Shown: positions 12,228-23,549, counted from the stretch's first letter. The stretch is DNA of 64,000 bases from Escherichia coli (GCF_011045215.1 NZ_CP049201.1), one strand, 5' to 3'. The notes: generated by a model from the sequence alone, not told the origin. Program-made: numbers and translations.

Positions 12228-12268
12228 CAGTGCTCTGGTAGCTGTAAAGCCAGGGGCGGTAGCATTGT
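12228..12268 (+). promoter_or_regulatory. JUMPstart element with ops (RfaH-dependent antitermination) site; ops GGCGGTAGCAT at about 12255..12265
   Basis: CAGTGCTCTGGTAGCTGTAAAGCCAGGGGCGGTAGCAT matches the conserved JUMPstart upstream of O-antigen clusters; ops differs from K-12 GGCGGTAGCGT at one position. Confidence 0.7.
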
Positions 12269-12618
12269 TCTTGATATTTTTAAGTATAAAAATGACACAT
12301 AAAAATAAAATAATTAGTTATCGGTATGTTTTTAATTGTGTTATTATTGAAAAATATCACCATTAATTATTTAATGCGATAAAGGCCAAATAAATCACTC
12401 ATTTATTTCTACATAGGATAGGGGACTATCAGATGGGAATTAAATAAAAATCCAAGTGCTAAATATTTCAATCTTAAATTCCATTGTAAAAAGTTTAAGG
12501 GATTTTATTCTAAAAAAGAATTGGATGAATTGAAAGTTATTTTGAGCTTAATTTATTAAACTTGAAGTTTTTTTACTGAGTTTTTCTGAAAAATAATTTA
12601 TTGTTAATGGAGCCATAT

Positions 12619-13638
12619 ATGTCAATTTTAGTTACCGGAGGTTGTGGTTATATAGGTGTCCACACAATTTATACGTTAATTTCTCAGGGCTACGATGTTA
12701 TTGTACTGGATAACCTGACTAACTCATCAATAGAGTCATTAGAGAGAGTCAAGTTAATGACAAATCATAACATACCCTTTTATAAAGGAGATGTGGGGAA
12801 TAAAAAAATATTGGTAGACATATTCAATGAGCATCAAATAAAAGCGGTTATGCATTTTGCAGGCTTGAAATCAGTAAGTGAATCTATAAAAAAACCGATT
12901 GAATATTATTCAAGTAACGTAATGCAAACGTTATCACTAATATCTACAATGATAGAGTATAACGTAAAAAGCTTTATCTTTAGTTCATCTGCTACTGTAT
13001 ATGGTAAACCAAAGTTATGCCCTATAAATGAAACTCATCCTATTGGCAAAACTACAAATCCTTATGGAACATCAAAATTAATGATGGAGTTAATGTTGTC
13101 TGATTTGTGTAATGCATATGATGATTTTAATGTGACAATTTTACGATATTTTAATCCAATTGGTGCTCATGAATCAGGTAATATTGGTGAACATCCAAAC
13201 GGTATACCAAATAACCTATTTCCTTATCTTACAAAAGTTGCTATTGGAGAGTATCCTTATTTAAAAGTGTATGGTTGTGATTACCCAACGTCTGATGGTT
13301 CTGGTGTTCGAGATTATATTCATGTAGTTGATCTTGCTGAAGCACATGTAAAAGCTTTATCAAAAAATTCAGAGTCGACTGGGCTAAAAATTTATAATTT
13401 AGGAACCGGAAAAGGATATTCTGTACTCGAAGTTATAGAAGCTTTTGAAAAGATAACTGGAATCAAAATACCATATAAAATTATGCCTCGAAGGGATGGT
13501 GATGTTGCGGAGTGTTGGTCTGATAGCACGAAGGCAAATGATAAATTAGAATGGAAAGCAAACAGAGAATTATATGACATGATTAGAGACGCTTGGAATT
13601 GGCAATCAAAAAATCCTCATGGTTATGATAATACATGA
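12619..13638 (+). CDS. UDP-glucose/UDP-hexose 4-epimerase (GalE family), 339 aa, low GC
   Basis: ORF 12601..13638; start at ATG 12619 preceded by GGAG; GGCGYIG Rossmann motif, YGKPK-like catalytic region. Confidence 0.8.
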   Translation: MSILVTGGCGYIGVHTIYTLISQGYDVIVLDNLTNSSIESLERVKLMTNHNIPFYKGDVGNKKILVDIFNEHQIKAVMHFAGLKSVSESIKKPIEYYSSNVMQTLSLISTMIEYNVKSFIFSSSATVYGKPKLCPINETHPIGKTTNPYGTSKLMMELMLSDLCNAYDDFNVTILRYFNPIGAHESGNIGEHPNGIPNNLFPYLTKVAIGEYPYLKVYGCDYPTSDGSGVRDYIHVVDLAEAHVKALSKNSESTGLKIYNLGTGKGYSVLEVIEAFEKITGIKIPYKIMPRRDGDVAECWSDSTKANDKLEWKANRELYDMIRDAWNWQSKNPHGYDNT

Positions 13639-14003
13639 TGTTATAGTATATTCAATGAATATAATTTATGCTTTGGAGTAAAAGTTGTCACAGCGTTTTC
13701 TTGCAGAACTAAGATGTTTTTAGCATAATTAGACACAGAATTAAAAATATTATCAGGCCGTATCAGTACATATCTTCAGTATGCACTATCATATATTAAT
13801 ATGAGAAAATATTTGTATTTAAAATATGATGTTCTAATAAGATTAAATTAACTGCCTAGGATATTAAAAGCTAATTTGGACTAGCTTTATTAGATAAGTA
13901 AATCTAACAAAATATTACTATGTCCGATATGTTATACCACTATTAATGACATCATGTAATATTATTTTAATAAACTATTTTTTGATCGCAGAGGTAATTA
14001 TAA

Positions 14004-14399
14004 ATGAGAAGAGTTATCACCTTTGGAACATTCGACGTGTTTCATATTGGACATGTTAATATATTAAAAAGGGCGAAGGAGTTTGGTGATTTGCTGATTG
14101 TGGGAGTTTCATCCGATTCATTAAATTTTTCTAAAAAACAGCGTTATCCAATCTATAGCCAGGAGGAGCGCATTGAGATTATATCCTCACTTAAGTTTGT
14201 AGATCATGTCTTTATAGAAGAATCTTTAGATCTTAAGTTAGAATATATTAGAAAGTATGAGGCAAATTTACTTGTAATGGGAGATGATTGGAAGGGCAGA
14301 TTTGACTGGGTTAAAGATGAGTGCGAAGTTATTTATTTGCCCAGAACACCATCGATATCAACTACCGAGATTATAGAAATTGTCCGGAGAATAAAATGA
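14004..14399 (+). CDS. Glycerol-3-phosphate cytidylyltransferase (TagD-like), 131 aa
   Basis: ORF track; TFGTFDVFHIGH nucleotidyltransferase motif (HxGH) and RTPSISTTEII C-terminal motif. Confidence 0.8.
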   Translation: MRRVITFGTFDVFHIGHVNILKRAKEFGDLLIVGVSSDSLNFSKKQRYPIYSQEERIEIISSLKFVDHVFIEESLDLKLEYIRKYEANLLVMGDDWKGRFDWVKDECEVIYLPRTPSISTTEIIEIVRRIK

Positions 14400-14471
14400 T
14401 AACTCATTTGTTGATAGTGATTTATATTGTATAATTAATATTATGTAAAATGATATATATGGCAAATACAA

Positions 14472-15773
14472 ATGACGTCATGTAATAACTTTAAAAAGTA
14501 TAAAACATTATCTTTATTATCCGTGTGTTTATCCTCTATTCGTGTCTTTTTGGGGCCAATAACATTACTTGTACTAGCCAAAAACCTTTCCACTGAGGAA
14601 CTAGGATTTTATTATGCTTTTTTTTCGTTAACAGCAATGGCACAGTTGCTGGAAGTTGGGATGTCTAGCGTATTGAAACAGTATTATAGCCATTCTTATG
14701 CTATTCATGATATCAGTGAAAAAAATATAAAAATATCGAACTATTTTAACTTTTCAATCTATTGGTATTTAATATTATCAATACTTTTTTTTATATTGGG
14801 AGGGGTGGTGTCATATGTTATGTTTAATGATTATAACGGAATAGTTAACTGGAAATTACCATGGTTTTTTTTGCTTTTTGTTTCATGTACTAATTTATTA
14901 GTATTGCCCTTAAATGCAATGCTTGATGGAACACAAAGGCAACAATTATTGATGAAAGCTAATATTGTTAGTCAGTTAATGATAGCGATATCATTATGGC
15001 TGACAATTTATTTAGGCTTGGGGCTATATTCTCTTGGTCTATCACAATTGGTAGGAATATTATTTTTTTTACTGTCAGTTTTTATATTTAATAAATGTAG
15101 ATTCCAGTTCATAGAAATACATAAAAAAAACTTTTCATTTAAAACAGTATTTAATGAGTTGTGGCCGTTATTGAAAAAAACTAGTATCGTATGGTTTCTT
15201 GGTTATTTCTACTGGAACGGTTTTAATATAATATCATTTAAATATCTTGGTGCAGAGATCGCAGGCTTCGTTGGTATGTCGATGTCAATTATGCGAGCGG
15301 GACAGAATATAGCAATATCTATTTTGAATTCTCAGATGACATTGTATGCAAGCAATATTGCGATGGGAAAGATTGATGAAGCAAGAAGAGTATTTAAGAA
15401 ATATTTTATCATTTCATTTTTGTTATTAATTTCTGGTTACTCAATATTTTATATTTTCTATTATGTTAAGCCTGATTTTTTCTTGTTTAAGAAGGTCCTG
15501 CCCTTAGAACAAATGATTTATGTGTCAATATTTTTTGCCTTTACATTTATAATATCAGGAACTGAAACTTTTATTCGTTGTTTTAAAGTGGAGAAGTTCG
15601 TTATCACTCAGACAATCAATTCAATTTTAACTCCATTCTTATTTGTTTTGGGGCTTAACTTGCATTATCAATATTTTTGTTTACCAATAATATCTGTACT
15701 GATAGTGTCAATCTTAACGTTATATATAAGTCGACGTTTTTACACGGGGTATTCGAATGCAAAAAATACTTAA
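14472..15773 (+). CDS. wzx: O-antigen flippase Wzx (polysaccharide transporter family), 433 aa
   Basis: ORF track; very hydrophobic, multiple predicted TM segments, AT-rich codon usage. Confidence 0.6.
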   Translation: MTSCNNFKKYKTLSLLSVCLSSIRVFLGPITLLVLAKNLSTEELGFYYAFFSLTAMAQLLEVGMSSVLKQYYSHSYAIHDISEKNIKISNYFNFSIYWYLILSILFFILGGVVSYVMFNDYNGIVNWKLPWFFLLFVSCTNLLVLPLNAMLDGTQRQQLLMKANIVSQLMIAISLWLTIYLGLGLYSLGLSQLVGILFFLLSVFIFNKCRFQFIEIHKKNFSFKTVFNELWPLLKKTSIVWFLGYFYWNGFNIISFKYLGAEIAGFVGMSMSIMRAGQNIAISILNSQMTLYASNIAMGKIDEARRVFKKYFIISFLLLISGYSIFYIFYYVKPDFFLFKKVLPLEQMIYVSIFFAFTFIISGTETFIRCFKVEKFVITQTINSILTPFLFVLGLNLHYQYFCLPIISVLIVSILTLYISRRFYTGYSNAKNT

Positions 15774-16929
15774 GTATATAATGAAATTAATGATGTGGAG
15801 TATTTATCCTATCGGTTTTTTAATTAAAAGGGATAAAAGCATTTGGCTTTTCGGTAGTTATAGCGGTTTTACTGATAATAGTCGATATTTATTTGAATCT
15901 ACCACTAAAAAGAATGATGTAAGATGCATTTGGATATCTGATGATATAAAGCTGATAAAAAAAATTAGATGTAAAGGTTATGAGGCATATTACAAATATA
16001 GTGTTAAAGGTATATATTTTTGTTATATTGCAAAGGTGTATATATATTCAAATTATGTATCAACGATAAACTTTTATACATCTGCAGGCGCGGTATTGGT
16101 AAATTTATGGCATGGGACGCCACTTAAAAAAATCGAATATGATATATCTAAATCTCCTTTATTTAATTATTTTAAAGGAGCCTCATTTATAATTAAAATA
16201 TTGATGCCTGAGAAACATAAAAAGTGTAATTTCATTCTTGCTCCGAGTCAATTTGTTTATGATTATTCATTTAAAAGTGCATTTAGGGTGTATGATATGC
16301 AATATGCCATTATTGCTGATCCACCTAGGATATCTAATCTCTTATCAAGAGCCTATCACAAAGTGAATAATGATAAGAATTCAATTAAAAAAACAAAGAA
16401 AACATTTTTATATGCACCAACATGGAGAGATGATCGCTCGGATTTTATAAGTATTTCAGGTTTAAATTTCAACGAAATTAATAATTTTCTATTAAAAAAT
16501 AACGCGTATTTACAAATCAGGTTGCATCCTAATACAACTTTAAATATTGATATGAGTGAAATGGAAAATATTCACATTGTTGATAATTATGAACCAGCTG
16601 AAGATAGTATGCTAAATTCTGATTTTCTCATAACTGATTACTCTTCAATATATTTTGACTACCTCTATCTTAATAGACCTATAATCTTCTTCCCATTTGA
16701 TCTTGAAAAATATACCGCATCGCGTGATTTTTATTTGAGTTATAACGAAGCAACTCCAGGGGTTAAAGTATATAATCAAGGTGAATTAATCCAGGAGATG
16801 GATAACCTATTGAAGGGCATTGACAATTGGATGAACTATCGAAAGGAGCTTGCTGAAAAATTCTGTTCGCTCGAAAGACGTAACGATGATTATATCATAA
16901 AAAAAATTAAAAAAGGTGTATCTGAATGA
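15757..16929 (+). CDS. CDP-glycerol glycerophosphotransferase (TagB/TagF family), 390 aa
   Basis: ORF track; YAPTWRDD motif typical of TagF-type enzymes; adjacent to TagD-like gene. Confidence 0.7.
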   Translation: MQKILKYIMKLMMWSIYPIGFLIKRDKSIWLFGSYSGFTDNSRYLFESTTKKNDVRCIWISDDIKLIKKIRCKGYEAYYKYSVKGIYFCYIAKVYIYSNYVSTINFYTSAGAVLVNLWHGTPLKKIEYDISKSPLFNYFKGASFIIKILMPEKHKKCNFILAPSQFVYDYSFKSAFRVYDMQYAIIADPPRISNLLSRAYHKVNNDKNSIKKTKKTFLYAPTWRDDRSDFISISGLNFNEINNFLLKNNAYLQIRLHPNTTLNIDMSEMENIHIVDNYEPAEDSMLNSDFLITDYSSIYFDYLYLNRPIIFFPFDLEKYTASRDFYLSYNEATPGVKVYNQGELIQEMDNLLKGIDNWMNYRKELAEKFCSLERRNDDYIIKKIKKGVSE

Positions 16930-17732
16930 ATCTTGGTAAAATTATAAATTATATAGAGTCTAAGGTTATTAGTATAAATTTTGATTTCAATCATTTAGCT
17001 GGCTATTTAAGTCGTGATGAGCGAGATAAAATAACCTTAAAACATCTAAGCAGTATTATTGATAGAAGAAAAAAACATCCATCTGTTTCTGCTATATACA
17101 GAGTGAAAAATGGAGCTCAATTTATTGAACTATCTATTCTTTCAATAGCTGCATTTTGTCGTGAAATAATTATTGTAGACAATAATTCAACAGATGATAC
17201 TTTACTAATAGTAGAACGTCTTAAAAGCGAACTTCAGGAAATATGTGAAATTAAAATCTATCAGTATACTAGTCAGGTCGCTTTGGCGGGTAAGAATTAT
17301 AATGATGAAATCAGAAAATATCCTGAGCGGTCATTGGCAAAATATTATAACTATGCTTTTTCATTGGCAACATCGGAATTCTTAATGAAGTGTGATGCTC
17401 ATTATATATTCACACCTGCGGGTATAGATAGTATACAACGAAAATTAATTTCAAATCATAAGTCAGTTGATGTTATATGTTATCGTGGCACCGAAGTATT
17501 TGGAGCCATGTTAGATTGTGAACCCTATCTAATACGGAAAAATAGTTTTAAATATTACGACACTCAATATTTTGAACGTTTGACATTAAACAAGAAGAGA
17601 AGTTTTATTCAAAAAATTAAAGGGAGAATTTCATCACCTTGCTTTATACATGTTAAACGTTTGAGTTATGTTAAGTCAGTTCATCTATGTGAAATAAACC
17701 CTGTGGAGTATATGTATAAAAATGATAATTAA
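16926..17732 (+). CDS. Putative glycosyltransferase (GT-A fold-like), 268 aa
   Basis: ORF track; IIIVDNNSTDDT-like segment resembling GT2 DXD region; assignment weak. Confidence 0.45.
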   Translation: MNLGKIINYIESKVISINFDFNHLAGYLSRDERDKITLKHLSSIIDRRKKHPSVSAIYRVKNGAQFIELSILSIAAFCREIIIVDNNSTDDTLLIVERLKSELQEICEIKIYQYTSQVALAGKNYNDEIRKYPERSLAKYYNYAFSLATSEFLMKCDAHYIFTPAGIDSIQRKLISNHKSVDVICYRGTEVFGAMLDCEPYLIRKNSFKYYDTQYFERLTLNKKRSFIQKIKGRISSPCFIHVKRLSYVKSVHLCEINPVEYMYKNDN

Positions 17733-18951
17733 ATTACATAATATTTGCGTAACTGGGAAGAATGATAATCATGACGGGTCTTTTCGCCTACAAATATACT
17801 ATTTCCTATGTATTTTAATATCTATTCTATTTTTCAGTGCATACCCTTTGGTATCGTTACCTCTTATAGCTCTTTCAAGTCCATTTGTTAATAACTATGC
17901 AAGATGGACTATGTCACTATTAATGATTTTTTATTTTATTTTATTATACTCATCTATTACGCCTTTTTCAGACATAGCAGAGTATATGCTTATCTATAGA
18001 GGAGTAACCGATGTTGATATATTTAGTTTTGGTAGGTTTGGTGGTGGAATCGAGATCTTCATATTAGCTCTCATGCGCTTGGTGTATTTTATATCCGATG
18101 GCAATGAATATCTTTTTTTATTTTTTTGCTTTACTATTATTCAAATATTTCTTTTTGTATTTTGTTATCGTGTTAATCGTCGTTTATCATGTTTATATTT
18201 TTTAGTATTTAATCTTTCATATGCTTATTATTCTTTTAATGCATATTTTTTACGAAGCATGTTATCCGCGGTTTTTTTAATTAATGCCTTTTTGTTTATT
18301 TCTAAAAAAAAGTATGTGTATTATTTTTTTGCAATTATATCGCATTTGTCATCCGTCCTATATATAGGAGTATGGGAATATTTAAGGGCAAGAAATAAAA
18401 AATTAAAAATATGGGTTGCTAGTATGGCAACTGTAACTATTATATGTTGTTTTATTTTTTTGCGAGATAGGATTGAATTTTATTTATTTAAAAGCTCTGG
18501 AAATTCGATGGGGTATGTACAAGTTGTAACCATTGCTTTTAATTATATTTTGTGTTTGTTGTTATTATTCTTTTCAAATGCAAGAAAAGAATTGTCAACT
18601 CAAAGAATAATATTGTTTTTGACTTTTTTCTTTATCTTGGCCTTGGTAACTTATAAAATACCACAAAATTTTGGGATAAGAATCTCTATTTTGCTTTACG
18701 CACTATCACCGTTTTTCTTGTATCCACTTCTTACCTCCTGCAATGTAACAATATTAAATAAGATCAAATCGTTGTCTCTTTATATGATTGTTAACTGTTG
18801 CTTTCTCTTTGTTGTGTTATATAAGGGCGATGATATTTCAAATCACATGCGTTCAAATCCATTAGATACTAGTTTTATTGATTTATTAATAAAGGACATA
18901 GATTATTTTGTTAAAGGATATTATCCAGTAATATATTCTAGAGACGAATAA
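17722..18951 (+). CDS. wzy: O-antigen polymerase Wzy, 409 aa
   Basis: ORF track; extremely hydrophobic polytopic protein with rare codons inside O-antigen cluster. Confidence 0.55.
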   Translation: MIIKLHNICVTGKNDNHDGSFRLQIYYFLCILISILFFSAYPLVSLPLIALSSPFVNNYARWTMSLLMIFYFILLYSSITPFSDIAEYMLIYRGVTDVDIFSFGRFGGGIEIFILALMRLVYFISDGNEYLFLFFCFTIIQIFLFVFCYRVNRRLSCLYFLVFNLSYAYYSFNAYFLRSMLSAVFLINAFLFISKKKYVYYFFAIISHLSSVLYIGVWEYLRARNKKLKIWVASMATVTIICCFIFLRDRIEFYLFKSSGNSMGYVQVVTIAFNYILCLLLLFFSNARKELSTQRIILFLTFFFILALVTYKIPQNFGIRISILLYALSPFFLYPLLTSCNVTILNKIKSLSLYMIVNCCFLFVVLYKGDDISNHMRSNPLDTSFIDLLIKDIDYFVKGYYPVIYSRDE

Positions 18952-19238
18952 GGGACATTGTTTAGATGTGCAAGGTGGAAATGTATCAAAGAAAATTGTA
19001 GTTACTACAGTAACAGTTACTTTGTAAAGTATATTTCGGTAAAACCTGCAATAACCAAGGGCGCTAAACTCCCTAACAACTCCGCTAATGGAATTAGAAT
19101 TAGAGAGTGACGAGTTTAAATATGAGAGTTTAGGGTAATAGAACAAATTTTTAAGTTTATAGAGTAAGAACAGATTAAGTTAAGTTTGCTTATTTTATAA
19201 TAAGCTCTTTCTTAAACCATATATAGTATTATCTACAA

Positions 19239-19961
19239 TTGAGTGATATCAAATTGAATATTGAGATCGGTTTATCAGCGCTGAATTCAGGAATTTATAA
19301 AATTAAATTTCGTAATGATTATAATTATCTTATTATTCATCAGATTACTGATGAATGTGATTACTCTGATTATGTGGCATCTTTCCCTGAAAATGTTAGA
19401 TACATATCTTCATATGAGTCTGGGTTGTCCAAAAGTCGAAATATGGCCATTGAAAATGCAAAATACGATTATCTTTGGTTAATGGATGATGATATGGAAA
19501 TAGATGATGCGGCTTGGGATTATCTGACGAAATTTATTAGTGATTATAAAAATAGTCCTTTGCTGGTTGTTTCTCATTCATTGGCAAAAAAGTATAATAA
19601 TGAAAAAGAGAGGATTAAAAGATTGAATCCTATAACTGCTGCGGGAATTTGTTCTGTAGATATGATATTAAAAATTTCAGCACTGGACGGTATTAGATTT
19701 AACTCAGATTTTGGGTTAGGAGCTAAATATCCTTCCGGTGAGGAATATATTTTTGCATGTGATTTGATGAGAGCTGGAAAAAAAATATATAAATCTAATA
19801 AAATTTGCTCGAATCATCCTGACACGACTTCTAGTGATAAAACATATCCAAATAAAGACGCTTTTAGTACGAAGAAGAAAATGTTTAAAGTCGCAAATGG
19901 GAAATACTTAGGGAGCATTTTGTATATTGCTTTTGTTGTCAAAAAATTACTATATAAATAA
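19239..19961 (+). CDS. Glycosyltransferase family 2-like, about 240 aa (start uncertain; ORF begins at TTG)
   Basis: ORF track; SKSRNMAIENA...LWLMDDDMEID resembles GT2 DXD region. Confidence 0.5.
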   Translation: MSDIKLNIEIGLSALNSGIYKIKFRNDYNYLIIHQITDECDYSDYVASFPENVRYISSYESGLSKSRNMAIENAKYDYLWLMDDDMEIDDAAWDYLTKFISDYKNSPLLVVSHSLAKKYNNEKERIKRLNPITAAGICSVDMILKISALDGIRFNSDFGLGAKYPSGEEYIFACDLMRAGKKIYKSNKICSNHPDTTSSDKTYPNKDAFSTKKKMFKVANGKYLGSILYIAFVVKKLLYK

Positions 19962-20005
19962 TAATTTACATAATTTTATTTTTATATAATCTATTTATTG
20001 TCTAG

Positions 20006-21052
20006 ATGCCTATGAAAAAAGTATATATTTTTATTGATGATATATCCCGTTCCGGTGGCACAGAACGAGTTGCGACATTTCTCTCTAATCAAATGTTTTT
20101 ATCCGGATTTTCAGTCACACTAATATCATTAGCATTAGAAGGAGGGAATACATACTATCCGCTGCAACCCGGAGTCAAGTTAGAGGTTTTAAGTGAATCA
20201 ACATTATACGAATTGTTTCTTTTTTTAAGAAAAAATTCATGTGATGTGTTGATTTCTGTTTCCATGGGTAGTTTATCGTTTAAGCTTGCATGTTTACATT
20301 TTCTATTACGATTAAAATCTCGTCTTATTTTAAGTGAGCATGTGGCTTTTGAATCCTCATCAAAGTTCATTCGTTCTCTAAAATGGTTAAGCTATCAATT
20401 CGCTGATGATCTTGTATTATTGACAAAGCATGATTATAAATTGCTTAAGTCAAATGTTAGGGCTCATACTCACGTTATCAATAATGCTAGTGGTTTCGAA
20501 CAATTATCTGAATCTGTTCTTATTCAAAAGCAAAAGATAGTATTAGCAGTGGGACGTTTAACTTATCAGAAGGGGTTTGATAGGTTAATTCGTATTTGGG
20601 CTTCCATATCGGACAATCACGGTTGGGTTTTACGGATCGTAGGGGATGGAGAATTGCGTTCAGAACTACAAAAAATGATTGTTGACCTGAATGTTACACA
20701 TAATGTCCAACTTATACCAGCAACAAAATGTATAGAACAAGAATATACTAATGCAGCTATATTAGCTATGACTTCTCGCTATGAAGGACTACCATTGGTT
20801 CTTATAGAGGCTAAATCTTTTGGATTAGCAGCAGTCGCTTTTGATTGTAAAACAGGTCCTGCTGAAATTATTCATCACAAAAAAGATGGGTTCTTGATTA
20901 CTGAAGATAATGAACCTGAATTTTCATATCGTCTTCAGTCTTTAATGATCGATGATGTTTATCGAAACAAAATACAAAGTATGGCCTTAAGAAATGCTAA
21001 TGATTATTCTGTTGAAAAAATAAGTCGGCAGTGGTTGGAGTTAATATCATGA
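20006..21052 (+). CDS. Glycosyltransferase family 4 (group 1), 348 aa
   Basis: ORF track; VGRLTYQKGFD and EGLPLVLIEAKSFGLAAVAFD motifs (GT4 EX7E region). Confidence 0.75.
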   Translation: MPMKKVYIFIDDISRSGGTERVATFLSNQMFLSGFSVTLISLALEGGNTYYPLQPGVKLEVLSESTLYELFLFLRKNSCDVLISVSMGSLSFKLACLHFLLRLKSRLILSEHVAFESSSKFIRSLKWLSYQFADDLVLLTKHDYKLLKSNVRAHTHVINNASGFEQLSESVLIQKQKIVLAVGRLTYQKGFDRLIRIWASISDNHGWVLRIVGDGELRSELQKMIVDLNVTHNVQLIPATKCIEQEYTNAAILAMTSRYEGLPLVLIEAKSFGLAAVAFDCKTGPAEIIHHKKDGFLITEDNEPEFSYRLQSLMIDDVYRNKIQSMALRNANDYSVEKISRQWLELIS

Positions 21053-21837
21053 GTAGTTATGAAACAGTATCTATAATCATGCCTACGTTTAATGCTGCAT
21101 CTTATATTTCGTATAGCATCATTTCTGTAATTGAACAATCATATAATGATTGGCATTTATATATAATAGATGATGGTTCAACTGACAATACCGCACATGA
21201 AATATCTAATTTTACCGATCTGCGAATAACATATGTAATGCTTCCTATCAATAGTGGAGTTGCAAATGCTAGAAATATAGGTATTAAAATGGCAAAAGGG
21301 AAATTTATTGCGTTTCTTGATAGTGATGACATTTGGGAAAAAGAAAAATTATCCTTGCAAATCCCTTTACTCGAAAAAGGATATGATGTAGTTTGTTCAA
21401 ATTATGCCATTTTTAAAAATGAACCAAAAAAAATAATCGGTTCTCGAACTGCACCACAACAGATCACCTATTCGCGTTTGTTACGCGGTAATTGTATCGG
21501 CAATTTAACGGGGATTTATAACCGAGAACGACTAGGTAAATGCTTACAGGAAGAATGTGGACATGAAGACTATCTAATGTGGTTACAGTTGGTAAAGCTT
21601 TCTGGTAGCGCTTATTGCATACAGAAAAATTTAGCCCGGTATCGAGTTACGGAACATTCAGTATCATCAAATAAATTAAAAGCAGCATTTTGGCAATGGA
21701 ATATATATCGTAAAAAACTCAAGCTTAATATTTTGAGCAGTATATATTACTGGTGTAATTATTCTTTTTACGCATTTATGCACATGTTAAAAATGAAGTT
21801 TCATGTGAATAAAAGTAATCTAATATATAAGAGATAA
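21049..21837 (+). CDS. Glycosyltransferase family 2, 262 aa
   Basis: ORF 21031..21837; start at ATG 21049 after GGAG; VSIIMPTFN and FLDSDD motifs. Confidence 0.8.
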   Translation: MSSYETVSIIMPTFNAASYISYSIISVIEQSYNDWHLYIIDDGSTDNTAHEISNFTDLRITYVMLPINSGVANARNIGIKMAKGKFIAFLDSDDIWEKEKLSLQIPLLEKGYDVVCSNYAIFKNEPKKIIGSRTAPQQITYSRLLRGNCIGNLTGIYNRERLGKCLQEECGHEDYLMWLQLVKLSGSAYCIQKNLARYRVTEHSVSSNKLKAAFWQWNIYRKKLKLNILSSIYYWCNYSFYAFMHMLKMKFHVNKSNLIYKR

Positions 21838-22085
21838 CAAGATATATAGTGTTAATTGTCACCTTCATTATATAAAGTAGATTAATTTGCGATGGTGACT
21901 TTTACATTAACATCGAAGTAAATATTGAGATAAATATTATACAATATTAATAATATGTTATGAATTTAAATTTTATTTTGAATTGCCCAATAATATTTTT
22001 TTAAATTATTACTTTAAGTAGTCATTTTAGGTTAATATATTACCGTTAAGCAAACCATGCAGTATATTACTGACAGGAGTAAACA

Positions 22086-23492
22086 ATGTCAAAGCAACAG
22101 ATTGGCGTCGTCGGTATGGCAGTGATGGGGCGCAACCTTGCGCTCAACATCGAAAGCCGTGGTTATACCGTCTCTATTTTCAACCGTTCCCGTGAGAAGA
22201 CGGAAGAAGTGATTGCCGAAAATCCAGGCAAGAAATTGGTTCCTTACTTTACGGTAAAAGAGTTTGTTGAATCTCTGGAAACGCCTCGTCGCATCCTGTT
22301 AATGGTGAAAGCAGGTGCAGGCACGGATGCTGCTATTGATTCTCTCAAGCCATACCTCGATAAAGGTGACATCATCATTGATGGTGGTAACACCTTCTTC
22401 CAGGACACCATTCGTCGTAACCGTGAGCTGTCTGCAGAAGGTTTTAACTTTATCGGTACTGGTGTTTCCGGTGGTGAAGAAGGTGCACTGAAAGGACCTT
22501 CCATCATGCCTGGTGGCCAGAAAGAAGCCTATGAACTGGTTGCACCGATCCTGACCAAAATCGCCGCAGTGGCTGAAGATGGGGAGCCATGTGTTACCTA
22601 TATTGGTGCCGATGGTGCTGGTCACTATGTGAAGATGGTTCACAACGGTATTGAATACGGAGATATGCAACTGATTGCTGAAGCCTATTCTCTGCTAAAA
22701 GGTGGCCTGAACCTCACCAACGAAGAACTGGCGCAGACCTTTACCGAGTGGAATAACGGTGAACTGAGCAGCTACCTGATCGACATCACCAAAGATATCT
22801 TCACCAAAAAAGATGAAGACGGTAACTACCTGGTTGATGTGATTCTGGATGAAGCTGCAAACAAAGGTACGGGTAAATGGACCAGCCAGAGTGCGCTGGA
22901 TCTCGGCGAACCGCTGTCGCTGATTACCGAGTCTGTGTTTGCACGTTATATCTCTTCTCTGAAAGATCAGCGCGTTGCCGCATCTAAAGTTCTCTCTGGC
23001 CCGCAAGCGCAGCCAGCAGGCGACAAAGGTGAGTTCATCGAAAAAGTTCGCCGTGCGTTGTATCTGGGCAAAATCGTTTCTTACGCCCAGGGCTTCTCTC
23101 AGCTGCGTGCGGCGTCTGAAGAGTACAACTGGGATCTGAACTACGGCGAAATCGCGAAGATTTTCCGTGCTGGCTGCATCATCCGTGCGCAGTTCCTGCA
23201 GAAAATCACCGATGCTTATACCGAAAATCCGCAGATCGCTAACTTGCTGTTGGCTCCATACTTCAAGCAAATTGCCGATGACTATCAGCAGGCGCTGCGT
23301 GATGTTGTTGCTTATGCAGTACAGAACGGTATCCCGGTTCCCACCTTCGCCGCTGCGGTTGCCTATTATGACAGCTACCGTGCCGCTGTTCTGCCTGCGA
23401 ACCTGATCCAGGCACAGCGTGACTATTTCGGTGCACATACTTATAAGCGCATTGATAAAGAAGGTGTGTTCCATACTGAATGGCTGGATTAA
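22086..23492 (+). CDS. gnd: 6-phosphogluconate dehydrogenase, decarboxylating, 468 aa
   Basis: ORF track; [22 protein letters not shown]-terminus; conserved 3' flank of O-antigen locus. Confidence 0.95.
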   Translation: MSKQQIGVVGMAVMGRNLALNIESRGYTVSIFNRSREKTEEVIAENPGKKLVPYFTVKEFVESLETPRRILLMVKAGAGTDAAIDSLKPYLDKGDIIIDGGNTFFQDTIRRNRELSAEGFNFIGTGVSGGEEGALKGPSIMPGGQKEAYELVAPILTKIAAVAEDGEPCVTYIGADGAGHYVKMVHNGIEYGDMQLIAEAYSLLKGGLNLTNEELAQTFTEWNNGELSSYLIDITKDIFTKKDEDGNYLVDVILDEAANKGTGKWTSQSALDLGEPLSLITESVFARYISSLKDQRVAASKVLSGPQAQPAGDKGEFIEKVRRALYLGKIVSYAQGFSQLRAASEEYNWDLNYGEIAKIFRAGCIIRAQFLQKITDAYTENPQIANLLLAPYFKQIADDYQQALRDVVAYAVQNGIPVPTFAAAVAYYDSYRAAVLPANLIQAQRDYFGAHTYKRIDKEGVFHTEWLD

Positions 23493-23518
23493 TCTTATTT
23501 AACTAACAATAAATTGAG

Positions 23519-23549
23519 GCCTGGCGTATATTGCGCCGGGCTTTTTTTT
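23519..23549 (+). terminator. Rho-independent terminator downstream of gnd
   Basis: GC-rich hairpin GCCTGGCG...CGCCGGGC followed by T8; approximate coordinates. Confidence 0.5.

Noticed and set aside
22695-23474. 259-aa minus-strand ORF inside gnd
   Set aside because: Antisense to the highly conserved gnd coding sequence; composition artefact.
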